Assembly: GCA_044229975.1 (NCBI GenBank)
Contig: JBGARZ010000017.1
Coordinates: 1 to 64,000, forward strand
From: Polyangiales bacterium
GTDB lineage: Bacteria > Myxococcota_A > Polyangia > Polyangiales > Ga0077539
Length of the DNA: 64,000 nt
Direction of reading: 5' to 3'
In this document: in pieces, positions 18,345 to 30,000 of the stretch
Layout of the letters: the number at the start of each line of letters is the position of its first letter
Position numbering within the stretch: the first letter of the stretch is position 1
Program-made: the position numbers and the translations under genes
Notes under the pieces: generated by a model
Databases searched by the model: none
Told to the model about the DNA's origin: nothing
The model's input: the letters and a program-made list of their open reading frames with translations, nothing else

Positions 18345-21290
18345 ATGGTTCATCGTCTTCGATGGCTCGGTGACCCCTACGAACCCGACTCGGTGGTTCG
18401 GCTGCCAGCCGGGGCCTATCGCCTTGCGGCCGCGCAGGAGGCTCACCGCGTGGCCGGGCTCCTCGCGCGCGCCGAGCTCCGCGGAGACTCCGCTGACGCC
18501 GCTCGCTACGCCGCCGAGCTGCGCGCCCTCGCAGACGTTCTGGCGAGCCCGGCGATGCCCGAGCGCAGCCTCGTTCGCGGCGAGGCTCTCCCGCCGTCGG
18601 CGTTCCCGGCGCGAGACGGCGCGAGGCTCTTCGCGGGGGACGCACCGCCGTTGTGGGACGGCCTTCGCCCGCTCCTGACCGAGGCCACCCACGTTGACGT
18701 GGTGGTCGCGTACGTCACCCGTGGGGGCGTCGCGCTCGTGCAGCGCGAGTTCCGCGATGCGCTCGACCGCGGCTGCACCCTGCGGCTCCTCGCGGGCTGC
18801 TACCTCGGTGGGACGCGGCCCGACGCACTCCACGCGCTGCACGACCTCACCGCTCACTTCCCCCAAGCGCACGTGCGCTTCGTCGAAGACCCCGATCGGC
18901 ACTTCCATCCGAAGGTCTATCGCATCGTCGCCCGCGGCGGCTTCGTGAGCCTCTTCGTCGGTTCGTCGAACCTCTCGCGCAGCGCCCTCACCGGTGCCCA
19001 CGACGCCCTCGAGTGGAACCTCGCCCTCGACGACGCGAGCGCCCCTTCCCTTCTCAATGAAGCGCGCGATCGTCTCGACGGCCTGTTCGCGCGCGAGGGC
19101 GTCCCCCTCGACGCCGCCGCCATCGCCCGGTGGGAGGCGCGGGCGCGCACCTTCCTGCCGCCCGCGACGCTCCTCGACCCGGAGCCCGTGCGCGACGAGG
19201 TCACGCCCAACGAGGCGCAGCGCGAGGCGCTCGCCGCGCTCTCGGCGGTGCGCGCGCAGGGCTACACCCGGGCGCTCGTCGTGGCGGCGACGGGCCTCGG
19301 CAAGACGATTCTCGCGGCGCTCGACTCGTGCGTGGTCGCGCCGCCCGGCGAAGGACGCGTGCTCTTCGTCGCGCACCGTCAGGAGCTGCTCGTGCAGGCG
19401 CGCGTGGCCTTCGCGCGGGTGCGCACGGGGACGCACGGGTTCGTGCACCAGGACGAGAAGACCGTCCGCGCCGACCACGTGTACGCCTCGGTGTGGAGCC
19501 TCGACGTGATCGACGACGCCACGCTCGCGGACTTCGCCTACGTGGTCGTCGACGAAGCCCACCACGGCGCGGCCGGCAGCTACGAGCGCCTCTTCACGCG
19601 CTCGCGCGCCCGCTTCGTGTTGGGGCTCACCGCCACCCCCGAGCGCCTCGACGGCGCCAACATCTACCCCCTCTTCGACGGCGTGGTGGCCTGGGAGCGC
19701 TCGCTCCTCGAAGCCATCGGCGAGGGCTGGCTCGTCCCCTTCCACTACTTCGGCGTGCCCGACCCGGTCGACTACTCGAAGCTCACCGCCACCCGCGGCC
19801 CGACCGGGTACCGCGACGACGAACTCGAAGCCGCGATGCTCCGCGGCGCGCGGACCGACTGCGTGCTCGCAGCCCTCGCCGACCCGCGCCACGCGGGGAC
19901 GCGGAGCCTGGTGTTCTGCGTGTCGATCGCCCACGCCGAGCACACCGCGAAGGCGCTGCGAGGAGCCTCGATGCGCGTCGCGTGCGTGCACAGCGGCCCC
20001 GGCGCGGCGGCGCGCGAGCGGGCCCTGAGCGAGCTCCGTGCGGGGACGCTCGACGCGATCGTGGCGGTCGACGTCTTCAACGAGGGCATCGACGTGCCCG
20101 AGGTCGACCGCGTGGTGCTGCTGCGCCCCACGGACTCGCCGACGGTGTTCCTCCAGCAGCTCGGCCGCGGACTGCGGCTGCACCCCGGCAAGAAGGCGCT
20201 CACCGTGCTCGACCTCGTGGGCAACCACCGCCGCGCGCGGGCGCGCCTCGAACTGCTCGGGGTCTCGTCGGACGACGTCGCGCGCACCCCCGCGGATGCC
20301 CCCTACGCGCGGCAATGGAACGACGGCCGCGAGGTTCATCTGACCCCCGAGGCCCTCGACGCGGTGAGGGCCATCGAGCGTGCCACGCAGGGGCCGCGGG
20401 CGCGGCTCGTCGCCGCGGTGCAGGCGCTCCATGCCGACGGAGGTCGCCCTTCGTTGACGACGGTGCTCTCGCGCACCGGACTCTCGACGGCGACCATCGT
20501 CAAACTGTTCGGCTCGTGGCTCGACCTGCTGCTCGTGGCCGGAGTGGGCGACGCCGCCGACGCGCGGCTCGCCCGCTCCGCAGCGGCGAAGGAGCTGCTC
20601 GCGACCGTCGAGAGCACGAACCTCACGGGACCGCACAAGATGGTTCTCCTCGGCGCCATGGCCGCTCGCGGCGTCAATCGGGTCACCGTTCGCGAGGGGG
20701 CTGTGCTCTTTCGGGAGCGCATCGCGTCGCGTCATCCCGCCGTGGGGCGCTACTTCGTCAACCCGACCACGGGGCGCAGTCGACTCGACGAGGCCGAGTC
20801 CGCGGAGATACCTCGCCGCTACCCGATGGCGGTGCTCGCCGAGGCGCACCCGCGTGCCTTCGCACTGCGAGGGGACGAGTTCAGCGTTCGGCAGGCCGAC
20901 GATGTCCCGACGGCGACCCTCTTCAGGGCGATCGTCGAACGTACCGAGGCGAGGCTGTACGAGTTCGCGCGTCGGCGATCGGGGCACGGGGAGGTCGTTG
21001 GCAAGGTTCTCGGCAACGGCGACGACCGCCTGTGTTTGATGCTGGGCCCCGAGGCACGTGCTTGCGGCGCGATCGGCGCGTGGGTCACGCTCGCCTGGGA
21101 TGCGAAGCACTATCGGGCGAAGGTCGCGAAGGTCGCGATCAACGTGATTCACGAGGGCGACGAGACGGAGAACGTGGCGACCGATGTCCTTCGTCGCGCC
21201 GCGGGCAGCGACACCGTCGACGACGCAAAGGGCCGCAGCCTGCGCCTCCGGCAAGTTGAGGACGGCATCTGGGAACTCGAGCTGGCATGA
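18345..21290 (+). CDS. PLD nuclease-SF2 (ResIII-like) helicase fusion; SauUSI-like/type IV restriction candidate
   Basis: FHPKVY...GSSNLS (PLD), ATGLGKT, DEAHH, GLTATPER, FNEGIDVP, QQLGRGLR. Confidence 0.85.
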   Translation: MVHRLRWLGDPYEPDSVVRLPAGAYRLAAAQEAHRVAGLLARAELRGDSADAARYAAELRALADVLASPAMPERSLVRGEALPPSAFPARDGARLFAGDAPPLWDGLRPLLTEATHVDVVVAYVTRGGVALVQREFRDALDRGCTLRLLAGCYLGGTRPDALHALHDLTAHFPQAHVRFVEDPDRHFHPKVYRIVARGGFVSLFVGSSNLSRSALTGAHDALEWNLALDDASAPSLLNEARDRLDGLFAREGVPLDAAAIARWEARARTFLPPATLLDPEPVRDEVTPNEAQREALAALSAVRAQGYTRALVVAATGLGKTILAALDSCVVAPPGEGRVLFVAHRQELLVQARVAFARVRTGTHGFVHQDEKTVRADHVYASVWSLDVIDDATLADFAYVVVDEAHHGAAGSYERLFTRSRARFVLGLTATPERLDGANIYPLFDGVVAWERSLLEAIGEGWLVPFHYFGVPDPVDYSKLTATRGPTGYRDDELEAAMLRGARTDCVLAALADPRHAGTRSLVFCVSIAHAEHTAKALRGASMRVACVHSGPGAAARERALSELRAGTLDAIVAVDVFNEGIDVPEVDRVVLLRPTDSPTVFLQQLGRGLRLHPGKKALTVLDLVGNHRRARARLELLGVSSDDVARTPADAPYARQWNDGREVHLTPEALDAVRAIERATQGPRARLVAAVQALHADGGRPSLTTVLSRTGLSTATIVKLFGSWLDLLLVAGVGDAADARLARSAAAKELLATVESTNLTGPHKMVLLGAMAARGVNRVTVREGAVLFRERIASRHPAVGRYFVNPTTGRSRLDEAESAEIPRRYPMAVLAEAHPRAFALRGDEFSVRQADDVPTATLFRAIVERTEARLYEFARRRSGHGEVVGKVLGNGDDRLCLMLGPEARACGAIGAWVTLAWDAKHYRAKVAKVAINVIHEGDETENVATDVLRRAAGSDTVDDAKGRSLRLRQVEDGIWELELA

Positions 21291-21450
21291 CCGACACGGT
21301 CACCTGGCAAGTGGACGATGCCTGACGCTCACGAGCGCGGCCGACCCGCAGGGGGCGTGAGCACTCTCCGCATGATGGCGAGCTTGGACGTCTCGACCAA
21401 GACCCACGCGCTCTGGGCGTCGTCGAAAGTCGCGTCGCTGGTCTCGAGGG

Positions 21451-21750
21451 TCAGCGCCACCGGCGTGGTCCGGACGGGGGGCGCGGGCGACGGCCGCGCG
21501 GGGTGCAGTCCCAGTGGTGCTGGAACGGCGCGTCCTCGTTGACGAGGCCGAAGGGCGTGGTGAACGGACAGGTGCACTCCACCGCACCGCCCTCATACAG
21601 GCACGGTCGGGCCCGCGTCCCATGCGGCGTGCAAGGGCGGTGGCGCGGGAGACGATCCGGACAGAAGTAGGGCTGGTTGGGCGGCACCTGCGCGGGCGCG
21701 GCGGGGGCAATCAGGGCGATGGCGAGGAGGGCAGCGAGATGAGCGCGCAT
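21451..21750 (-). CDS. Small secreted Cys-rich protein
   Basis: Signal-peptide-like MRAHLAALLAIALIAPAAPA followed by six Cys. Confidence 0.45.
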   Translation of the reverse strand: MRAHLAALLAIALIAPAAPAQVPPNQPYFCPDRLPRHRPCTPHGTRARPCLYEGGAVECTCPFTTPFGLVNEDAPFQHHWDCTPRGRRPRPPSGPRRWR

Positions 21751-22095
21751 GGTGCCGCCCTGACACCGGGCGGGGCGACGGGTTCCGTCACTCCACGATG
21801 TTGTGCGACGTCCACCACATCGCTCGGCAAGTTCGTCTCCCGAGGCGGCCGTCGGCCGTCAGGAATCGGTTGACGCGACCTCGTCGAAAGCACTGGCTCG
21901 CTAGTGGTGCACAAGCAGGGCGGCGGGGAGTGCGTGACCGAGAGCGAGCAGGGCGTCATCCACCGCGGGTCGCCAGGTTTCCTCTGCGGGGACTGAATAG
22001 ACGCGAGCCGATAGGTAGGTTGATCTGCCGCAATCCGAGGGTGCATGATCCTCCTGATTTTCGTCCCGGGGTCGGGCGAGTCGGAGAACGCATCC

Positions 22096-23619
22096 ATGGA
22101 AGTCGTCGTCGCGCTCCTGCTTCTGGTGAGTTCCTTCGCGCTGCTCGGTTGGGCTCTCGTGCTGCGGAAGCGACTGGCAACCATCACTGCGACGCTGACC
22201 GAGCAGCAGCGCCAATGGGCGACTGCGTCGGAGCAGCAGCGCCAGTGGGCAGCGGGCGCGAATGCTGAGATCGTTCGGCTGCACAGTCGATTCAGCGATC
22301 TCATCCCGATGCACGACCAGGCGTCGCGGTTGCAACAGGAGGTCTCGGGGCTCCTCACGCAGCGCCAGCAGATCCAACAGAAGAACCAGGCGCTCGAAGC
22401 GGAGGCCGCGGGTCGTCTCCAGACGATCCTCGCTCAACAGGCACGCACGGTGGCCGACGGGACGGCCTCGCAGCAGCGCCTCCAGGCCAGTGTCGCGGAA
22501 CTCCAGCGCGCGCTCTCGGCCCTGGAGGAGCAAGTCGAGCTTCAGGACGCCGGTTTCTACAAGCCGAGGTACGACTTCAGCACTGCCGCGGACTTCCAGC
22601 GTCGCCTGGAGGACAACCACGCGTCGCAGCAGGGCTGCATCAAGAGCGAGAGGGCCGTCGTCTGTTCGACCGCCTGGACAGTCAACGGCGATGCGCGCAG
22701 CGGCCAGCGCATGGTGAAGGATCACATCAAGCTCATGCTTCGCGCCTTCAACGGCGAGTGTGACGCGGCGGTGGCGAAGGCGAAGTTCAACAACGCGTCG
22801 ACGATGGAGCGGCGGGTGCGAGCGGCGTTCGACGCCATCAACAAGGTGAGCGAGTCCAAGAGCTGCTCGATCACCCGAGAGTTCCTCGAACTGAAGCTCA
22901 CCGAGCTCGCCCTCACCGTGGAGTACCTCGACCGCAAGCAGCGTGAGGCTGAGGAGCAGCGCGCGATCCGTGAGCAGATGCGGGACGAGGAGAAGGCCCA
23001 GCGGGAGCTCGACCGCGCGAAGGATGATGCCGAGAAGGAGGAGCGTCGCTACCAGCAGGCGCTGGAGAAGGCCCGTCGTGACGTGGCGGCCGCGACGGGG
23101 AAGCAGAAGGAGACGCTGGAGGCCAAGATCGCCGAACTGACGGCGAGATTGGCCGAGGCGAGCGCCCTCAAGCAGAAGGCGATCTCGCAGGCCCAGCTCA
23201 CCAGCGCCGGGCACGTCTATGTCATCTCCAACATCGGATCGTTCGGGGAGCAGGTCTACAAGATCGGCATGACCCGCCGCCTCGACCCGATGGAGCGAGT
23301 GTACGAACTCGGCGACGCCTCGGTCCCCTTCGCCTTCGACGTGCACGCGATGGTGTACACGGAGAACGCACCGGAGCTGGAGCGCACGCTCCATCAGCAC
23401 TTCCATCGGCGCCGGGTGAACCGCATCAACGAGCGCAAGGAGTTCTTCCGCGTGGACCTCGACGAGGTCGAGCGCGCCGTGCGCGACATCGTGACTCGCC
23501 TGCCCCGCCACCAGCAGAGGGATCTACGGTTCCAGTACACGGCTGCCGCCGAGGAGTACCGACGGTCAAAGGACCTCCATCAGGCGTCTCCCGCAACCTC
23601 ACCCGCGGCATTTGCCTAG
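22096..23619 (+). CDS. DUF4041 + T5orf172 (GIY-YIG-like) protein with N-terminal TM and coiled coil
   Basis: LMLRAFNGECD; GHVYVISNIGSFGEQVYKIGMTRRLDP...DASVPFAFDVHA...RKEFF. GGAG precedes ATG22096. Confidence 0.9.
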   Translation: MEVVVALLLLVSSFALLGWALVLRKRLATITATLTEQQRQWATASEQQRQWAAGANAEIVRLHSRFSDLIPMHDQASRLQQEVSGLLTQRQQIQQKNQALEAEAAGRLQTILAQQARTVADGTASQQRLQASVAELQRALSALEEQVELQDAGFYKPRYDFSTAADFQRRLEDNHASQQGCIKSERAVVCSTAWTVNGDARSGQRMVKDHIKLMLRAFNGECDAAVAKAKFNNASTMERRVRAAFDAINKVSESKSCSITREFLELKLTELALTVEYLDRKQREAEEQRAIREQMRDEEKAQRELDRAKDDAEKEERRYQQALEKARRDVAAATGKQKETLEAKIAELTARLAEASALKQKAISQAQLTSAGHVYVISNIGSFGEQVYKIGMTRRLDPMERVYELGDASVPFAFDVHAMVYTENAPELERTLHQHFHRRRVNRINERKEFFRVDLDEVERAVRDIVTRLPRHQQRDLRFQYTAAAEEYRRSKDLHQASPATSPAAFA

Positions 23620-23874
23620 CAGGGTTCCGGCGCCCGCCACGAAAACCGTCGGGGCGCCCGAGACGCCACGACCGTACGGGCAAGCGCACCCACGCAGCTC
23701 GCGCTTGATCCGGCGGGCACCCCCCGTGATGGAGCAGGTGCTGATCAACAGCCAGGCGTCGCCCACGCAATGATCCAGAGCGCGCCTTGAAGCGCGTTCG
23801 GCCGCGCTCGTACACTCCGCACGTACTGACCGCCGTCCGCCTTCGGGCGTGACACTCACAATCTGGAGGTTCCG

Positions 23875-26800
23875 ATGACCGAGTCCACGCGGAGTCGCGG
23901 CTCGACCGCGCGCGTCGTTCCCAACACGTCCCAGCTCCAACTCGGCCCGGTGCTCGATGCGCTGCTCGCAGCCCTCCAGGCAGAACCACCCTTCCGGTGG
24001 ATGGGCGTGCGGAAGCAGGCTGCGGAGAGCGTATTGCGGGTGGCGCCACGCCTCTTGACCGAGGCCATCGAGCCGCAGATCGCCAAGGTCGCCGCCGAGG
24101 GGTACGTGATCGCCGAGCGTCGTGCTTTCGGGGTCGATCTGCCGCGCGTGGGCAGTCTGCGTGACGACCCGAAGAACGACCGCCGCGTCCAGGATATCGC
24201 CCGCGCGATCGAGGCCACGGTCGACCGCACGCTCGGGAACCTCGAACCGCAGGACCTCCTTAACACCGAGCGGGACCACGCCGTTCTACGCAGCCTTCTG
24301 GGTTCGTCGGGTAGACCCATTCCCGGAGTCGAGACGGACGCCCCCTGCGAGCGCGTGGAACTCTCCATGGCGACCGATGCTGGGAGGAGGCCGCGCGCGA
24401 GCGCAGCGGTCTTCCTCCTCGAAGAGGTGATCGACCTGGAGGCCGCGCGCGCCGAGCTGCTCCACGCCGTGCACGTCCATCGTCGCGATGCCGGGGTCGC
24501 CGCGGCGCTTCTCGGCGCGCTCACCACCGCTCGCTTCGAGGAGCCTGAATGGCAACTCCGTCGGTTCCTCGACTTCCTGCTCGGGCGAGGCATCGCGCGG
24601 GTCCACGCGGACGTGGGCATCGAACTCCTGGCCCGGGTCGCCGCGGTCGCTGAGGGTCGCCCTGCGATCGAGGGCGCCCTGGAGTTCGTCGAGTACGTCC
24701 GCCGCGTGATGTTTCTGCGCGAGACTTTCGACCTCGACGACCCAATCGTCGAGGACCAGTACGGCATCCACCGCCTCGCCGACTACGTCCGCACGATCCG
24801 CTTCGTGCGCCATCTCCCGCTCGCACTCCTGCACGACGAGCAGCAGTTCGAGCGTCGCGGAACAGACACCGTCGTCCGGCGCATCGCCTACCGCGTGCGC
24901 CTCAACGGGACGCAGCCGACGTCCTGGGGCTCCTCCCCGATCGACGAAGCCTGCTCCCACTTCGAGGCCTCGCTCTCCGACGGAGAGACGCCCGACGCGC
25001 GCCGCACCTACCACTACCTCCTACCGCGAATGATCAGTCTCGCGCTCCTCGGGCCGCAGGGTCAGGAGCTCGACGCCGAGCGCTTCCGCGCCGAGACCGA
25101 CGCGTGGATCGCGCGCCTGCAAGACCCCGGCGACTTTGCTACGCCTCGCCTCGCTCTCCTTGCCGCGGCGCGCTCTGCGATCGCGGGATTCGACCGCGCG
25201 CGGCGTTGCTTCGTCACGATCCTGCAACGTCATCACACGGACCTCGCGGCGAGTTGGCCCTCCGAAGAGCTCAGGGTCCATCTCGCAGTGCGATCAACCC
25301 TCTTCGACCCGCTCGGCGACGCGACCCGACCGCTCCGCGAGGAGGATCGCCGTGCGCCCACCGACGACTTCGCGGAGGCGTCGCTGCGCCGCGACCTCTT
25401 CTGGCTCCGCAACCTCCACGTGTCGACGGAAGGCCAGCGAGACCGCGACGAGCACGGCGACGCGCTCAGAGGGGTCATGCGCGTCGGCTGCCGCCTGTCG
25501 CTCGTGCACCTCCACGAGCCGAAGCCCCCCACCCGGATGCAACTCCGTCGCGACCTCCCGTCGCGCCTGCTTCAGGTGATTCTGGCGGACCTGCCGCCAG
25601 ACGAAGACAAGATCGATCACCTCGGCGCCGTCGCGCTCCCGCGTCGCATCGTGGTCGGGCTGAAGGGCGACCTCTTGAACCATCCGCCGCGCAGCAAGTC
25701 CTTCCAGGACGAGCACCTGCGTCGTCGTGAGCGGGAGGACGGGATTCGCTGGTGCGTGGTGACCCTCGTGACACAGCTCACGCTGCGGGCGGTGCTGACG
25801 CGGATTCGTGCGCACGACCGAGGCCTCTCGCTCCCGCCGCCGCACGCCGTCATCCTGCGGGCCCACCGCACGGACGGGCGTGAACCCCGACGGGACTGGA
25901 GCTTCTCTCCGGGCGAGGCGTTGACGGCTGTCGGTCGCGCGATTGAACAGGCGCTCGGAGCGACCTCTCTCGTCGCCGGTGTCACGTCGCAGGGCGTCGT
26001 GCTCGCCGATCCCGGGCGTCCTGGGACGACACGCCTCGGAACGCCCGATGGTCAGCGGTTTCGAGTGAAGGCCGCGAACTGGGCGATGACGAGCCGTTGG
26101 CCGCTGCGCATCGAAGAGGCGGGCGGCGCGTGGCCGCACGGGGAGGAGGGGCAGCGCGTCGGTCTCATCACGGTCGTGAGCCGTCCGTTGCACGACGGCC
26201 AGGACCGTCACCTCGTATTGGGCGAGACCTTCATGGCCGGCGCCGACCCGCGCGGCGGGTTCACCCTGGCCAGCGGACCGCGCCTCAGTGAGATCGTGGA
26301 AGGAGACCCCGCGGAGGCTATGGTCGGGTGTCTGCGGGCAGAGCGGAACCGACTCCAGGCCGCGGGCTGCGGGCTCATCCTCCTGCTCACCCACCGCCAC
26401 GGCAGCTACCGCATCGGGCGCCTCCGCGAGTTCGAGCGGATGGAGTCGTCCGCGCTCCTCGACGCAATGCGCCGGGTGGACGGGGAGAGTGTCGCCCTCT
26501 GTCCGATCTCGTACGGCGTGTTCTCGGCGGTGCGACTGCGGACCAGCGGGACCGCCGCGGCGCGCGTCTTCGTGATCCCCGACGCCGGGCCGAGAGACCG
26601 CTCCGACGCGCGGGGCTCAGACGGCGTCGCCGCGCCGGACGCGCTCATCCCGTTCTTCTCGGTGGCCACGTTGAAGCTGGTGGGCACGGACGACACCTCC
26701 CGGCCACAGTCCGGCATCGCCACGTACTCGCTTGCCCTCTCCTCGGGAGACGCGCGCGTGCGCGCCGAGACCGAGCACGCTGTGCTCTCGCCCGCGAGCC

Positions 26801-27054
26801 CCTGGCACGGGCGGGTGCGCGACGTGCTGCTCGCGACTCACTTCTTCGTGACCGAGAAGGAGCTGCGGGAGGGCCGCGAGTCCAAAGATGCGAGCGGTTT
26901 CATGGCGGTGCTCGCGCCGCACGAAGCGATCGATACCGGTGAAGCCGCGGACGTTGGGGAGTTCACAGTGCAGACGTCGCGCGGCCGCTCCGTGCGCCTC
27001 TCGCTCGCGGCCCTCCTCGCGGACATCAACCGTGCGGTGGAGCCCGCGCGATGA
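23875..27054 (+). CDS. Large hypothetical protein (1059 aa); C-terminal half possibly a divergent MID-PIWI (Argonaute-like) fold
   Basis: GGAGG RBS, long GC3-rich ORF and ATGA overlap with the next gene. The fold call is inference from motif order (see findings). Confidence 0.75.
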   Translation: MTESTRSRGSTARVVPNTSQLQLGPVLDALLAALQAEPPFRWMGVRKQAAESVLRVAPRLLTEAIEPQIAKVAAEGYVIAERRAFGVDLPRVGSLRDDPKNDRRVQDIARAIEATVDRTLGNLEPQDLLNTERDHAVLRSLLGSSGRPIPGVETDAPCERVELSMATDAGRRPRASAAVFLLEEVIDLEAARAELLHAVHVHRRDAGVAAALLGALTTARFEEPEWQLRRFLDFLLGRGIARVHADVGIELLARVAAVAEGRPAIEGALEFVEYVRRVMFLRETFDLDDPIVEDQYGIHRLADYVRTIRFVRHLPLALLHDEQQFERRGTDTVVRRIAYRVRLNGTQPTSWGSSPIDEACSHFEASLSDGETPDARRTYHYLLPRMISLALLGPQGQELDAERFRAETDAWIARLQDPGDFATPRLALLAAARSAIAGFDRARRCFVTILQRHHTDLAASWPSEELRVHLAVRSTLFDPLGDATRPLREEDRRAPTDDFAEASLRRDLFWLRNLHVSTEGQRDRDEHGDALRGVMRVGCRLSLVHLHEPKPPTRMQLRRDLPSRLLQVILADLPPDEDKIDHLGAVALPRRIVVGLKGDLLNHPPRSKSFQDEHLRRREREDGIRWCVVTLVTQLTLRAVLTRIRAHDRGLSLPPPHAVILRAHRTDGREPRRDWSFSPGEALTAVGRAIEQALGATSLVAGVTSQGVVLADPGRPGTTRLGTPDGQRFRVKAANWAMTSRWPLRIEEAGGAWPHGEEGQRVGLITVVSRPLHDGQDRHLVLGETFMAGADPRGGFTLASGPRLSEIVEGDPAEAMVGCLRAERNRLQAAGCGLILLLTHRHGSYRIGRLREFERMESSALLDAMRRVDGESVALCPISYGVFSAVRLRTSGTAAARVFVIPDAGPRDRSDARGSDGVAAPDALIPFFSVATLKLVGTDDTSRPQSGIATYSLALSSGDARVRAETEHAVLSPASPWHGRVRDVLLATHFFVTEKELREGRESKDASGFMAVLAPHEAIDTGEAADVGEFTVQTSRGRSVRLSLAALLADINRAVEPAR

Positions 27055-30000
27055 CGCGATTTGCCGAGAGCTTCGGGCGCATCTTCGAGGTCGGGGTGGA
27101 TTGCGGCGTCGCCCGCGCGTGGCACGCGGCACGACTCCTCTCCGATGAGCAGGTCGCGCCGCTCCGCGCGTGGACGCCCGGCGGCCTCGTAGCGTGGCTC
27201 GAAGAGCATCACAGCCCGACGGCCCCTGACGGGGTCCTGCGTCGGGAGCGCCACGAGGCGGTGCTCCACTATTTCAGTCAGGGCCATCGCATCGGGCAGA
27301 CGGTCGCACGAGCCATTCTCGATGCCATCCGCCAGGGGCACCCCGCCGAGGACCTCCGCGTCGAGCGGTGGTGGGCGCCCGCGGAACTCGCGCTCCAGGA
27401 CACGACCCAGGAGACCATCGCCGACCGCTTTCGCGCGTGCTGGGACCTCTCACCCGAAGTCGGCCTCGACGACCTCGTGCGCACCGGACAACCCGCCCAC
27501 GCCGACCTCCTCGCGCAGCTCTCGGTCGATCTCGGTGGTCACCGCGCGCACCATCTCGTCGTCATCGAGACCTCTCTCCGCGTCGTCGGCCCCGCCTCCC
27601 GCCGACTCGTGGTGACGGAGCGCGACGGCGCGGACGTGGTCCCTCCGGTCGCGACGACCGATCTCCAGACGCGCGAGGTGGCGCTGCTCGGCCAGTACCT
27701 CACGCGGCGCAACGCCTTCTCCGGGCTGCGTGTAGACCCGTTGGACCCGGGCGATCTTCCCATTGATCCCGACCTTGCGAGCTTCCTCGTGGGCTTTCAC
27801 GGGACCGATCGACCCGCCTACAAGCTTGCGCAGGCTTCGGCCTACGCGACCTCCGCAGCTCGACTGCTCGTGCGCCACCGCGGGCTTCGTGCCGACGCTT
27901 TGCAGGTGTATGCGGTGGCGGCGACGAACCTTGGCCACGCCGGGCTGACCGTCGTGCCGCGGGTGGTGCCTTCTGGCCTCGCGTTCGATCGGATGGACGA
28001 TCTCGCGCGCTGCTACGGTCGACTCGCTGCAGGTGATGGCCGCTCGCTCGAAGAGGTCGCGAAGCGGGTGCGTGCCCGCGCCCTCCAGCTCCACGCCCGA
28101 TCGTCCGCGGACGGCCAGCGGCTCGTCCAGTCGCTCCTCGCCGTCGATCCGACGAACCCCGCCTCGCAGACCTTCGTCGACACCGAGCGCGTCGAGGGAT
28201 TCCACGGCCCCTCGGCGCCCTTCCGGCGGGCGGAGGTTGCAGGGTGGTTCCAGACCGGAGATTTGAGAACCGAGCAACTGCTCGCGGGAGAACCCTGGGA
28301 GCGAGTGCATCGGCACCTTCCCCCGGGCGATGTCGTGACCCTCCGCGACGTGCATGGCGCCTGCGTGCGCGCCGCCATCGAGGGGGCCCCGCAGGGACGG
28401 GTGACGCCCGTACTCCTTTCGGGCTGCCCCGGCATCGGGAAGACGACCGCGCTCCGAAAGATGCTCACCTCCGCGGATCACGGGGGCTTCCTTCTCCTCT
28501 ACCTGTCCCCGCGCACGACCGTGAACGGTGACGTGTTCGCCAAGTACGCACGTGACAGTGGGACAGATGGGCGACCGGAGATCCTCTGCCTCACGACCGA
28601 CAGCCGACTGATCGGCGGCTATCGCGAGAAGACCCAGCAGAAGACCTCAACCTGCGTGCGGTACGCGGGAGTGGCTCGGCTCTCCATCCCGTCGCGCGGC
28701 GGAGTGCCGGCGTTCCTCGACGACGCCCAGGTGGCGGAGATCGCCGAGCGCTTCGGCACCAATCCCCACGTCGCGCGGCGCATCAATCAAGACCAGACCG
28801 AGGTGACCGACCTCTTCGGCCCCGGCGTGCTCAAGACGCTCGCGACCGCGATCCGACACGCGGCGAGTTCGGGTCGATACCCGCGGATCGCGACGGCATG
28901 CAGCATCCAGTCTCATCGGCGCGTGGGTGGGCACTCGACGCTCGACAGCCTCCGGCATCTCTTCCTGCACCCGTGGGATCGGGCCGCGGGGCGCAGGGAG
29001 CGCGAACGGTTCGCCGCGCACTCTCCGCGCGTCGTCGTGATGATCGACGAGATCGCGGGGGACGGCGCGGGGGCGTCGTGCTTCTGGGAGATCCACGAGC
29101 GTCTGCTCGAAGAGTTCATCCGACCCTTCGGGGAGAAGTCTCCCTTCACCGTGGTGCTGGTCGCTGCGGACGCGAGTCTCGGCGACCCGCGGGTCATGCG
29201 TGACCATCTCGCTGCGGGCAACGACCAGGCCCGCAAGATCTACGTCGTCGACGCGCAGCCGCGGCCGCCGGTCACCATCGAGTCCTTCGAGGGCATCGCT
29301 GCGTCGTCGAAACACTTCCGTCCCGCGGGGCCGACGCTCGCCGTTCGAGCGGACAGCTTCCCCGCGTCGTCGCTCGAACTCCGCCAACGGATTGACGTGC
29401 GTCCGCTCGACGACCAGGAGCGCCCCGAGGCACGCGTCAGCGAGGTGCTGCTCGACGAGATTCGCGCGGCGCTGCGGCGGGTCCGTGAGGCCGAGGCATC
29501 GGGCGAAGCCACGTTGCGCGGCCAGGTCGTCGCCTTCGTGCAGGATCGTCGCGCCGTGCGCGCGATCGCCGACCTCCTTCCGACCGACCCGGTGCTTCAG
29601 CAGGAGGGCATCCATATCGGTCGTGACGCCATCGCGACGCTCTCCAGCGACAGCCACGTCGGCATTCGGCGACAGCTCTTGGAGCCGGTGTCACGGGACG
29701 CCTTCGAAGTGATCCTCATGACCAGCTCGGGCGCGCGGGGCATCGACCTGCCGCTCGCGACCGAGCTCATCGCGGCGCTGCCGACCTTCCAGGTCGAGGC
29801 TCAGTTCATGGAGATCGTGCAATTCGCCTATCGCGGACGGGGAATGAGCGAAGGTCGAGGTCGGCGCATCGACGGAGACAGCCTTGCGCGGCGCATCACC
29901 TTCGTCGTCGTTCGGCCGACCGAGGCACTCGGCGGAGACCGGGTCGAGCGTCTCTGGTGGCAGCAGGCGCGCGTACTCGACCTCGCCACCGTGGTGCTGC

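Noticed and set aside
17964..21254. 1096-aa minus-strand ORF and similar long antisense ORFs (e.g. 38998-41337, 57428-59914, 16256-18070)
   Set aside because: Shadow frames of high-GC genes; no motifs, and they lie opposite well-supported CDSs.
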